Part shown: positions 26,822 through 39,762 of the stretch, piece after piece
How the letters are laid out: each line of letters opens with the position of its first letter
How positions within the stretch are numbered: the stretch's first letter is position 1
Assembly (NCBI RefSeq): GCF_037042905.1
Contig: NC_087246.1
Coordinates: 3,164,001 to 3,228,000 of the forward strand
Reading direction: 5' to 3'
Length of the DNA stretch: 64,000 nucleotides
Source: Lytechinus pictus
Taxonomy: Eukaryota
Program-made: the position numbers and the translations under genes
Notes under the pieces: model-generated
Told to the model about the DNA's origin: nothing
What the model saw: the letters and a program-made list of their open reading frames with translations, nothing else
The model's database searches: none

Positions 26822-28232
26822 CAGGCGCGTAGCCAGGGGGCGGTGGGGGCGGTCGCCCCCCCCCCAAAAAAAAAAAAACGTCCCCAAAACGAAAAAAAAG
26901 AAGAGAAAAAGAGAGGAGAAAAGGAAAAGCGAAGGGAAGAAAGGGAAAAGGGTAGCTTTGTGGGGTTTTTTCTTTTTATTTTATTTTTTTCTCAAAAGAG
27001 AAACTCCTTCACTCTTGCTCTAAATTTATAATTTTGCTTCCACGCTGCGCGCGGTTAAATGACAATATTGCAGTTCTCCATTGTTTCCCCCACCCTTTCT
27101 CTAACTCTGTTTTTCCACCTCAGCTATATGTGTTTCTTGCCAGTTAAAGTTTAAATGTATACATTAGGTCATGGAATTAGAGTAAGGTTAGGCCGAAATA
27201 TCTTTTTTTTTAATTTATCGCGCAACTTCTGGTCGGGTCGGCTCCGGGCGGGTAAAATCTTTATATCAATTTCTGCCGTCACCTCCATATAGGCAAATTC
27301 TCCCGCTTTTCATCTCATTACTAAACAACCATAATTTTGGGGCAAACAGGTTCCTAATTTAAAAAGAGGAAGGTATAAAATTTGTGTCGTATTAAATAAA
27401 AAAGTACAATATTTTTTTTATCAAATTCTATTAAACTTCATGTCATTTCCCTGCACATTCATCTCCTGTTTTGCGCCCTCAGATTGAAATTTTGAATGAC
27501 AATTAAGTTTCTTTATCATTCAAAATGAAGCGCTTCAGGATAAGTCAAAGAAATTAGGCATCCATTTTTATATAATTTCAATAAATCACAGAAGTTTCAA
27601 CTTTTTGCGCACTATTTTCCTTGTAATGAAGTTCAATAATCTTAGATAATCAATTGAATTAGAGCCGATGTGGTATTAGAGATATCTGCATTTGATGAAA
27701 CGTCCGCCCTTTAAAATTTCAGAGTTTCATTGCTCTGCGCGGGGAGGAATATCTTCCTCCCGGCATATACACTTCTCCTCTGTTTTGCGAATTAAAGATA
27801 TGCACTGTCGCTAATTGTTTGTAATCAAATCTGATCTTTCCAAGGGAAGTATTCAATATATCTTAGAGAATACCCTTTTCTCGGAACCCTTTTCTTTGAA
27901 AAAAATGATAAAACGCTTTAGCTTCCGCGCTTCGCGCGGGGTTATTATTACTTTAATTTCCTCCATTGTATTCCTTTTTTGTGCGTTCACAATCACTTCC
28001 GAAAACAAGGTTCAAAATCACAATATAGTCAACTGAATTGGAGCTGATATAGGTACTAGAGACAAGAGAGACGGCTCCTATTTTCATTTTAATTTATGAA
28101 ACACCAATAGCTTCCCGCGCGAACTCCCCCTCCCTGCACCCATCCCCTAGTGAGCGCTTCGCGCACTCTGTAAGTGTTGGCACGCTTCGCGTGCATTTAC
28201 CCCTCCAAAATGAAATCCTGGCTACGCGGTTG
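26822..28232. mobile_element. hAT-like non-autonomous element, copy 1
   Basis: TIR CAGGCGCGTAGCCAGG / CCTGGCTACGCGGTTG; near-TSD CTCCCTG(G)C; about 1.2 kb shared with 30571-31839. Confidence 0.8.
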
Positions 28233-29159
28233 CTCCCTGCATGTTGTACTACCGAGGACCGGGACCGAGGAGCATATATAAATGTTATACACACTCTGTT
28301 TATACACACGCTTTTTTTTTATTTTTTTATTTTTTATTATTCATTTGTTGATTTTTTTTGTAGCAAGATAGGCGTCCTGTTCATTGTTACAAGATAGTGC
28401 TGATCGAATATGAACATTTTTGAGATTATGCATTTCTACTATTGAGCAATGAGCATGTATCATCTTCATGAATTCCCACGAAAAGTACTTGAAATACTGG
28501 CCTAATGCACCTTTTCGGATCAGAATATAAAATATTTCTGCTAGCGCATGATTTTGTTACGTTAGATACACATCTGATTCTGTTGATAATGTTAAAAAGT
28601 GCTTAAAATATATCCCTTATGGATACAAATCGAAAAGACAAAAGACAAACGCGTAACAGGCGGGGGGCCGGGCAGAGATCAAGCTGCCCCATCCCCCCTG
28701 GCGGCGGATTTCACCGAGGAAAAAAAACGGATAAAGAGAACAGGGAGAAAAAAGGGAAAGGGAAAGAAAAGGAAGAAAAAGAGGAAAGGGGGAAAGGAAT
28801 TGGAAATGGAAAACGTGAAAAGAAGACCAAGAAAAAACATAAAAGGGAAAACGGAAGGAAAATGGGAAAATGAAGGAAAGAAGAACATGTGAGAAAGAAC
28901 AAAATCACCCTGAAATAATCATACATTAGCATATAAGAAAGGGAAATAAATTGAAAGATGACAAAAAATCAAACAAAAGTGGGAAATGAATGTAAAATAT
29001 AATGAGCCAAAAGCTAAATTGGAAAATGAAGAAAAGGGGCAAGATTACACGACCGGACTGCCGAGGATTTAAGATAAAGAACGGGAAGAAAGACGGATGG
29101 CATATAACACTATATGTACAAAGTCAATCATGAGCTTAATTGCTAGGTCTCCAAAGCTA

Positions 29160-29833
29160 CCGGGGCCCAGTGGATACAATGCGTGACCAAAAAACACGTA
29201 AAAAGGATGTCTTTTTCAAGATAGGGCACGTTACGTACGGAACATGATAAGGGTGTCAAAAACACAAAAACATTGAAAAAAGGGTATCTATTTCGCTCGG
29301 AAAATATACGTGTTTAGGGTCAAATATGCTGGGATGGTAAAACAAAATCAAAATGTTTTATAAAGGATGTCCTTTTTGCCCCAACACTACGTGTTTAGAG
29401 TCCGATTTGCGCGAGGTGTGGAAGGTGGGGCCGTACCGGGCCGTACCAAGGGCCGTACTAAACCAAAATAACGTGTGTAAAGGTAAAACCGACGACCGAC
29501 GGACCCGTGACATAACAATAAAATATCGCTGTACTTGTTTAGGGGTTCATTTCAGGGAATACTTGCCAAGAGTATCGTTTTGTTTCCAATACTTGTTAAG
29601 GGGTGCATTTTCAGAATATGGACAATACATCGCTGTACTTGTTTAGGGGCTCAATTCTGGGAATACTTGCCAATAGTATTTGTTTCCAATACTTGTTAAG
29701 GGTAGGGTTTCACACGCCAATACTTGTTAAGGGGTGCATTTTCAGAATATGGAAAATACGTGTTTAGGGTGCTTTTCAAGATCCCGTGGTCGCGCATGGT
29801 ATCCACTCGTCAATGGAAGTGGCCCCTCCGGGT
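29160..29833. mobile_element. CCGGG-ended non-autonomous element with short internal repeats (left end decayed)
   Basis: Inverted ends GTGGATACAATGCGTGACCA / TGGTCGCGCATGGTATCCAC; terminal CCGGG. Confidence 0.6.
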
Positions 29834-30364
29834 CGGGGCCCGATCTGTCCAAGACCTCGTGCAGTGGGGCCTCTTCATCTGTAAACTTTTAAGGGCTATA
29901 TATGCAGGAAGGGTCCTGTATGTACCCTTCCTGCATTAAGCTTTCTCGGTAAGTTTTACGTTGAATCACTGGCGATCCAGCGGGGGGGGGGGGGTGGTCC
30001 ACAGCCAAGGGGAAATAAAAGAAAATAAAGCCGGTAACGAAATGAAATGCATATCAAACAATGACATGTTACTTGCTGTAAAAATCTATCACAATAAGAA
30101 TTTCATTTCAAACGGCCATTTTTATTTTTGGCTCTCTTATGGCGACTTTTTACAAAATTGTCCTCATTTGCTACAATGTGCCCCCCATGCGCGTTTTCTG
30201 GCGGTGTTTTCGGGGCCCAAGCCCCCCAGGTAGGCGAAAAGGGGGCGCCAAAAAGAAAGAAGGAGGGAAAGACGAAGAGAAAGAGAAAAGGGGAAAAGAA
30301 AGAGAGAAAAAAAAAAAAGAGGGAAGGGGGGGGCGCCCGAATTGTTTTTCGAAATCGGGGGGGG

Positions 30365-30570
30365 GGGAGGGCGCTAAATCGATGTTCGACATAGGGGGCG
30401 CCGAATTTATGTTCGACTATAGGGGCGCCGAATTGAAGTTCGACCTATATAGGGGCGCCGAATTGATGTTTGACATATTGGGGGAGCGAATTGATGTTTT
30501 ACTTAGGGGAGCCGAATCGATATTCTACCTAAGGGCGCTGAATCGATGTTCGACCTAGGGGGCGCCGAAT
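30365..30570. repeat. About 29-bp minisatellite (GGGGCGCCGAATTGATGTTCGACCTAT-like), about 7 units, resuming near 31848-31880
   Basis: Directly visible. Confidence 0.85.
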
Positions 30571-31839
30571 CAGGCGCGTAGCCAGGGGGGGCGGTGGGGG
30601 CGGTCGCCCCCCCCAAAAAAAAAAACGTCCCCAAAAAGAAAAAAAAAGAAGGGAAAAAAGAGAGGAGAAAAGGAAAAGGGAAGGGAGAAAAGGAAAGAAA
30701 GGTAGCTTTGTGTTTTTTTTTTCTTTTTATTCTTTTTTTTTCTTAAAAGAGAATTTACTCCTTCACTCTTGCTCTAAATTTATATATGAATTTTGCTTCC
30801 GCGCTGCGCGCGGTTAAATGACAATATTGAAGATCTCCATTGTTTTCCCCACCCTTTCTCTAACCCTGTTTTTTCACCTCAGCTATATGTGTTTCTTGCC
30901 AGTTAAAGTTCAAATGTATACATTAGGGCATGGAATTAGAGTAAGGTTAAGCCAAAGTATATGAAGTTATCTTTTTTTTTAATTGATCGCGCAACTTCTG
31001 GTCGGGTCGGCTCCGGGCGGGTAAAATCTTTATATCAATTTCTGCCGTCACCTCCATAAAGTCAACTTCTCCCGCTTTTTAGCTCATTACTAAACAACCA
31101 TAATTTTGGGGGCAAACAGGTTCCTAATTTAAAAAGAGGAAGGTATAAAATTCGTGTCGTATTAAATAAAAAAGTACAATTTTTTTTATCAAATTCTATT
31201 AATCTTCATGTCATTTCCCTGCACATTCATCTCCTGTCCTGTTTTGCGCCCTCAGTTTGAAATTGTGATAACACAGTTTATTTATAATTCAAAATGAAGC
31301 GCTTCAGGATAAGCCAAAGCAATTAGGCGTCCTTTTTTATATAATTTCAATAGCAATTAGGCGTCCTTTTTTATATAATTTCAATAAATCACAGAAGTTT
31401 CAACTTTTTGCGCACTATTTTCCTTGTAATGAAGTTCAATAATCTTAGAAAATTAATTGAATTAGATTCGATGGGGTATCGGAGATATCTGCATTTGATG
31501 AAACGTCCGCCCTTTGAAATTTCAGAGTTTCGTTGATCTGCGTGGGGAGGAATATCTTCCTCCCGGCATATACACTTCTTCTCCTCTGTTATTTGCAAGT
31601 TAAAGATATGCACTGTCGCTAAATTGTTTGTAATCAAATCTGATATTTCCAAGGGAAGTATTCAATATATGTTTGAGAATACCCTTTTCTCGGGACCCTT
31701 TTCATGGCAAAAAATAAAACGCTTTAGCTTCCGCGCGTGGTTATTATTATTTTAATTTCCTCCATTGTATTCCTTTTTTTGTGCGTTCACAATCTTTTTT
31801 GAAAACAAGGTTCAAAATCACAATATAGTCAACTGAATT
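30571..31839. mobile_element. hAT-like non-autonomous element, copy 2 (right end missing)
   Basis: Colinear with 26822-28040; interrupts the 29-bp tandem array. Confidence 0.8.
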
Positions 31840-32461
31840 CATACCTTTGGGGCGCCAATTTGATGTTTGACCGGGGGTGCCAAAACAATGATTCACATGA
31901 GTTTGGCGCTCGCATTCGTATTCCATTCATTATTACCAAAAGTGATAAGAAAGTCCAAATTTTAGGTCAGAATATGAAAAAATTTCAGCTCGCGCTTCGC
32001 ACTCGCATGAATTATTTTATAAATATACCCATCATGTTAATGCATGGTTACAAAAAGTGCTTAGAGTGTCCATTCTGGGTCGGAAATTCAAAATTTTTCA
32101 GCCAGCGCTTTCCGCTCACATAAAATATGTTGTGATAGATACCCATCCCCTTTCTGAATATCAAAAGTGCTTAGGGCCTACTGACTTTCCAAAGTTGAGG
32201 TCAGAATATCAAAAATTTTCAGCTCGCGTTTAGATATACGTATACCCATCATGTTCGCGGTTACAAATAGTGCTTAGAATATCCGATCGGGAAACATATA
32301 CATGAAAATATTTTCCACCCCGGCCCCCCCCCCCCATTAGCGAAGGCTGGATCCGCCCCTGGTAAAGAAACGTCAGCTCCCGCTCACATGATTTTATGAG
32401 GGCCTACTCTGATGAGAAGTTGAAACCCCTAAAGTGCTTAAATTCTATGCTTTCAGGGGGC

Positions 32462-33738
32462 CACTAGCGTACCTAAGGGGGGCAGGGAGTAGACTGCCCC
32501 CCCCCTGACGAGTCACAAGCAAAAAAAAAGGGGGGAAGCGAAAAAAGGTAAAGAAAAAAGAAAAGAGGAAAAAGGAAAGAGAAAAAGGGGGAAGGGGAAA
32601 AAGAAGAAAGAGTTTAAGAGAAAGGGGAAACAAGTGGATTTCAGACTGTCGGAAAAAAATGATAAACTGTCGGACACACGGGGCTGTTCCAATGTGATTC
32701 GGTTTTTTAGTTCACCATCTTTTTCGGTAAATGTCAATTAAACAGTACACTTTTATCGGTAAATTGTGATTTTTACGCAATGCAACTTTTAGAGCTCTCT
32801 GTACCGATAGTGAGGACGGACTGGGCTGACCAGGGACAGGAAAAAGGTAGAGAACAACTTTTAGGTATTTAATATATAATTATAGCAATAAAAATTTCGC
32901 TCGCGCTACGCACTCGCATCAATTTTTTAGTTGGATACCTAAGATAAATGTCTAGTTTTCAGGTTGAAATATCAAAAATTTTCAGCTCGCACTTCGCGCT
33001 CGCGTCAATTGTTTAGTTAGAAACCAATTTGTTCACGAGGTTACAAAAAGTGCTTATATATCCAGTTCTTAGGTCGGAATATCAAAAATTCAGCTCGAGC
33101 TTCGCACCTGCGTAAATATTATTCCATCCTGTTCAAAATTAAATTAAGTGCTTAGAATGTAAAGTTTTTAGGTCGAAATATCAAAAATTTTCAGCTCGCG
33201 CTTCGCGCTCACACCAATTAATTGTTTTTAACTTGTTCATAGTTATAAAAAAAAGGTGCTTAGAATGTCCACCTTTCAAGGGGGATATCTCAAATTTTCA
33301 GCTCGCTCTTCGCGCTCGCATCAATAAATTATTCAGTTAGAAACCAATTTGTTCATGGTTACTAAATGTGCTTATAGAATATCCAGTTCTTAAGTCGGAA
33401 TATCAAAAGTTTTAGCTCGCGCTTTGCGCCCGCACGACTGTTTAGATACCCATCCTGTAAAACTGCTTAGAATGTCTAGTGTCCAGTTAGTATATCTTTA
33501 GGTCAACATTTTTAGCACAAATTCAGCTCGCGCTTTGCGCTCGCAAATATTATTTTTTATATTACATGTATTTTAGTGTAAATTGACCTAAAACTGTGAA
33601 GTTGATATTTGGGCAATGATTATCAGCCCCCCTGGAAAAAAAATGTACCTATACGTCCATGCCTACTACCCCCCACCTTGCTCATCCTTGTCGCTTGCCC
33701 CCCCCCCCCCCTGACGAAATATGGCAGGTACGCCACTG
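32462..33738. mobile_element. hAT-like element carrying an ~80-bp satellite array
   Basis: TIR CACTAGCGTACCT / AGGTACGCCACTG; TSD CAGGGGGC/CAGGGGAC; internal units with CAGCTCGCGCTTCGCGCTCGCA. Confidence 0.75.
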
Positions 33739-34239
33739 CAGGGGACCTTATCCAGCCCAATCGGCCGGCCAAAACAAACAACAACAAAAAAGGGAAAGGA
33801 GAAAAAGAGGAAGAAAGAAATAGAAACGTAGTGGGGAAGAAAAATTCATTGTATATCAAATAGTATTACATGAGAAATATTTCTTCATAACTTCATGAAA
33901 CATTATTTGCTTAGGACCTATGTGTTCGATCTGGCGCTGCACAGCGGCTGCCGGGCCCACGATCAATTGGGCAAAGCAAATTTTCGGAGTATTTCATTTC
34001 ATGTCTATTTTCGAACAATAAATTATGGATTTATCATGGATTTTATTTATCATGGATTATTTATTCATTATTCCTGGTGCTCACATTGTCTGTTTAATCA
34101 TGTTTTACTAAAACATCCCGTTTTCAAGTCCATATACACCAGATATATTTCCTCGCACTTTGAGTTATGATTGTTTTATGTAGTGACATATAAATTATGC
34201 TTCTTTTCATAACTACTTAAAGTGAGTGCCCCCTATTAA

Positions 34240-34951
34240 GGTCTGAATATAAATCATTTCCAGTCTGTATTTACGTTCGCATTAGTGGATTATTGAGATA
34301 TGTCTGCTCTTCATAAATTCCTAAAGACAGTCCTTAAAATGTCACCTTTTCTGGTCTGAATATCAAAATATCGAAGAGTTTCAGCTCGCGTTTCGCGCTC
34401 GCATCATTTGGTAGATGAATTATGTATGGCCTTGGTGAATTCCTATAAGAACAAGCCTTACAATACCCCTCTTCAGGTCTGAATTTAAAACATTTTCAGC
34501 TCGCGCTTCGCGCTCGCAATATTTGATTAGTGAGATACTATCATGTTCATGATTACAATGACTACAAAATGTTCTTCATGTGTTTAGGTGTAATTCTAAC
34601 AAGCGCTTCACTGGCGCTCGTATTAAGTAGATGACTGTGGTGAGATATGTAGATATGCTCTTTATGAATTCATAAAAAAATATTCCTTAAAACGTCCCTG
34701 TTTGGGGTCAATTTATACAAAGATTTCAGCTCGCGCTTCGCGCACGCATTGTATGTTTAGTGAGACAGAATATGTATCCTGTTTACAAAAATTTGCTTAT
34801 AATGTCCCTTTTTTAGGTTTGAATATCAAACATTTTCAGCTCGCGCTCGCGTTTTCAGTGAGATACGTATCATTTTAATGGCACAGTCCTTAAAATGTCT
34901 CTATTAGGTCGGTATACCCCTCCATGCCGTGACCAACGGTATACGCCACTG
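34240..34951. repeat. Degenerate array of CAGCTCGCGCTTCGCGCTCGCA-containing units (also at 31900-32290)
   Basis: Recurrent motif every 80-120 bp; ends in a TIR-like GTATACGCCACTG. Confidence 0.75.
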
Positions 34952-35254
34952 CCTGACGGGAGGGGGGAGCCATTTTCCAAAAGTTCACAGGAGCGCCAAA
35001 ATTATATATAAATAATTATATATATATATATATATATATATAAAGAAAAAATAATAATCCCGTGCTTCGTGCTCACATTTATAATAGGTCCCTTTTTAGA
35101 TCCGTATATTTTTTCACGACAAAAAAGAGAGAAAATAAAAAAAAATGAACTGGAGAAAAGGTGAAATTTGACATTATTATGAATAATATGTCAAAATCTA
35201 TCACAAATTTTGATTTTTGTATTAAAAATGTCATAATTTTTGAAAATTTTTGAA

Positions 35255-35989
<735 letters not shown>

Positions 35990-36008
<19 letters not shown>

Positions 36009-36242
36009 GTCGAAATTACGGAGCTGCTGAACACACATGTGCAGTGCAGCATGTACGACAGCGGCGCGGCGCGCGCACAGCTAAAGTGAGCGATCGAAGA
36101 AAGAATTCACCGAGTCTCTATCTTCGGCCCTGACAAATCTTTAAGATTATTTGAAAAGCTAAATTGGAAAATAAAATAAATATCAGGGAATTGATATACC
36201 TTTGATTGGACTAGATTGACCGCAAGTTTTTATACCGTAATT
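35990..36242 (+). promoter_or_regulatory. HIP1 promoter/5'UTR CpG-rich region
   Basis: Dense CpG (cggcgcggcgcgcgcac) immediately upstream of the ATG. Confidence 0.5.
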
Positions 36243-36329
36243 ATGGCGTCATCGTTAACAAGCAGATTATCCGTTCGGAGGAATACAGACAGCCTCGAGA
36301 CAGAGCGACAGAATTTTGTGAAGCGGCAG
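36243..36329 (+). CDS. HIP1: Huntingtin-interacting protein 1 / HIP1R (Sla2 family), coding exon 1
   Basis: MASSLTSRLSVRRNTDSLETERQNFVKRQ then CAG/GTGAGC donor; resembles the HIP1R N-terminus (SRR..SLEAEREQF.K.Q). Confidence 0.9.
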
Positions 36330-37676
36330 GTGAGCATTTTCCTCCCAGGACTTTCGGTTGCGAAAACTGTAGTGTAGTACGGTACCCAGTTGTTGTGTGT
36401 CCAGACACGGGACAGGTACCGGTAGGCGGTACAGGTCGTGTATCCGGACAATCGCATTCAGCTCAGACAGCCATTTGAAACATTTTGCACTGAAAGTTTC
36501 TAGAGTAAGATCATGATTAAGGTGGATCCAGCAGGATATTCCAAAGGGTGGGGGCACATATTCCTGAGGAAAAATTTGACAAGCAAAAAAAAAAGTTTTT
36601 TAACCAAAAATTAAGCCCATTTATTTTAACTAGGATTGCGTCCCTAAATTCTGAAACAACCAACAACAAAAAAAGCCTAAAACGTCTTCACTTTCAAAGC
36701 CGCGGGGGGGGGGGGGGTAGCCAGGCGGTTTCTAGAGAGTAAAGATCATTTACGCGACGCTCGCGTCCGTAACGTTGGGGAAGTACAATGAATAAGAAAC
36801 AAAATGGCGGCGTAAACATCGGGCAAGTCTCTTCCGTCTTTTCATAATATTTTTTCATTTTTTTGATGAATTCTTGTTTTCAAAATAACAACGAGAGCGT
36901 AGAAATGTCGGAAATGAAGTTTTATCCCATTTACATGATTTATGGGGCGTTGCAAGAAAGTTACGTTGCAATTGATTGCAAATCGACTGCAACTTTGCAG
37001 CCGATTCCGATCGACTGCAACTAGCAATCAATCGCCAATTTGCGTTGCAAGAAAAAGGCTTGCGATTGAACGTAAGTTGCAGCTGATCTGCAGACGATTT
37101 GCAGCTGTAAACAGGGTCTGCAGCACAAGACTAGCTGATGAAGCAAAATAATGGCTTGCAACAATCCTGTTTGTGGAAGAGAGTAAGTAGAAAATATTCA
37201 TTTTTCAGACAATTCTTTCTCCATTATGTATGTCTTTAGAGAATTTATATATTTTAGACCTATGCCAGGGAAAAAATTATTTTGAAATAAGTGAAAATGT
37301 ATCTTTATCGCCGGTCGAAATTTCACCTTCAACAAATTTTCTACCGTACAATTTCAATCCCAGTCCCACACTTGACTTTTTGTGTCGGTAATGCACGGTT
37401 GTATCAACAACACGGCAGGTCATTGCCGGTGCAGTGCTGTTAAAAATCACCCAGAAGCAAGTAAATGTGTAGGCTCTAATCATGTATGAAACATCGAAAA
37501 TGACCTTTAAAGATTTTTTTTGTTACTATTTGAAATGATTTTTTAAGTTATATCGGTTTCAACGGCGAATAGCCATCCAGTAAATAGAAATTAAAGACTT
37601 CCATTACAGTCTAGACATTTCCACAAAAAAAAATTCCTCTCCACTTGTCTCTCTTTTTTAAGAGTCTGTCTAACGT

Positions 37677-38743
37677 TACCTTGAGCGAAGTTCGTGCAGG
37701 CCCTACTCCACTTCACTACCGCTACACCACGCTCCACCTACCCGAAATTCGAGACTGAACTCTATCTGATATTCCGAGTGACAAAGGTGGGATTTTATGG
37801 GGGGAAAATATAAAATTCATGCAACATCACGATCTTTAAAAACAATTAGGCCTAACTAATATTCTTACTTACACCAAGTTTCACCTTTCCATGCTTCTAT
37901 CAGTCTCAAAATTGGTGATTTAGAGCCAACATGAAGTTCCTCACACAAATAAATAATTCGCTGCCGTATCGCGTGTGCATGCAATGTTTTGAAATCGGTA
38001 GCGAATTATTTATACGTGTGAGGAACTTCATGTTGGCTCTAAATCACCCATTTTTAGACTGATAGAAGCATGGAAAAGAAGTGAAACTTGGTGTAAAGTA
38101 AGAATATTAAATTCAATTGTTTTTAAAGGTTGTGATGTTGCATGAATTTAATATTTTCCCCCATAAAATCCCACCTTTGTCACTCGGAATATCAGATAGA
38201 GTTCACGGTCTCGAAGTTCGGGTAGGTGTAGACCAAAAGCTTCGGTCTCTGTTATGTTGGTCGTTCAGCTGAACTCCGTTGGCTTCACTCACCAAATACA
38301 GAGACCGAAGTTCTAGCGCGATCTGTACAGGGGACTCAATGGCCATATGTTTATGTGTATTAAGTTCGAATAAAACAGGGCAGTGAAGTTGCGTGACAGC
38401 CGAGGTAAGTCACTGTTTTTGTTCCATTTAACTTGATTTTCCCCATTTTTTGGCAATTAATGCCAAGAGGGAATATTAATTTGCATTTCGGTCGCGTTAA
38501 TTTTCAAAAGTTTTTTTCATTAAAGACAAAAATTGAAGAGCCCCGACGGGGGGATTTTGCATTGTAAGTCCCCTAATGGTGGCTGCACGATAGCGAGCCG
38601 TCTGTGTATGAGGAGAAATTTAAAAAATAAAAAAATGTTAAAAAACTCCTCGAAACAGACGGCTGCCAGCTGTCTAGGGTAGGTGGAGCGTAGTGTAGCG
38701 GTAGTGAAGTGGAGTGGAGCCTGCACGAACTTCGCTCGAGGTA
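37677..38743. mobile_element. 1067-bp TIR element with 9-bp TSD (AcademH/MULE-like) and a long internal hairpin
   Basis: 67-bp TIR (63/67) TACCT...AGGTA; TSD GTCTAACGT/GTCTACCGT. Confidence 0.88.
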
Positions 38744-39206
38744 GTCTACCGTTAACCTCCCTTTTTATGACTTTCCTTGGCCTGGCCTGGGATAAAGTGA
38801 AAATTTTGCTGTTTCGACTTTTGTCTTTGGAGGATTAAATTTTTTTTATATTTATTATTATTATTTTTTTATTTGGGGGGGGGGGGGTTCTCCAGACAAG
38901 AAAAAAAAACAAAGGTATAGGGGGTCTACATGTATTGGGCTACTTTTCAGAATCTATTGGCCACATCTGCCACATTCTTGGGGAAGTTTTGACATTGAAT
39001 AGGATGTTGCCTGCCCAGGGCTCTTTTTTAAATTTCTTACGGGCAGATTGCACAAGAGGTTCTTTGCAAGGACAGTCTATTTGTGTCGTTGATTTGTAAT
39101 GATGTGCCGTATGAGTCACATTTTTAATATCCATCTCATATAAATATAAAAAGATATACATGTAAATACATTTATTTTTTTAGATTCAATATGTAGATCT
39201 ACTATG

Positions 39207-39624
39207 CCGGGGGGGGGGGGGTGGTACTTAGATTTGGTTTGGACAAAGGTGTGCGAAGTTCGAAACCCGTACCCATATTTACAGGTCATTTTGGCTAAAA
39301 AGGTACCCATTATTAGGGATTCATTACAGGGGCGGATCCAGGATTTCCAAAGGGGGGGGGGGCACATTTTCGCCTGGAAAAACTTGACAAGCAAAAAAAT
39401 GCCCAAAATGTAAGGTCATTTTGTATTTGCACCTAAGACATTGGAGTAGAATATGGACCCATATTTAAGGACATTATCTAAAAATTGGGCCATGCTTAGG
39501 GATTTTCCAGCATAAAACCATACGCCATGTTTAGGGATTTCTTCAAAAAAGGCGACCCATTCCTGCGGCATATCCCCATATGCCTTATCTCGTGAGTACC
39601 CCCCCCCCCCCCCCCCCCCCCGGG
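39207..39624. mobile_element. CCGG...CCCGGG-ended MITE with 8-bp TSD
   Basis: Exact TSD CTACTATG at 39199-39206 and 39625-39632; poly-G/poly-C TIRs; related left end at 63404. Confidence 0.85.
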
Positions 39625-39762
39625 CTACTATGTAGCTGACTCTTGATTTTTATGCAAGCACATGAGGTGCTATATAGATGACAGATTTTTTTTTCACTTT
39701 AAATTGTTAAATGGATGATTACAATGCTTTTCCAGGTGCTTTCAGTAAAAGGGCATTTTCAC

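Noticed and set aside
29967..32361. Single element bounded by CACTGGCGATCCAG and CTGGATCCGCCCCTG
   Set aside because: The flanks share no TSD, so the ends may belong to different elements.
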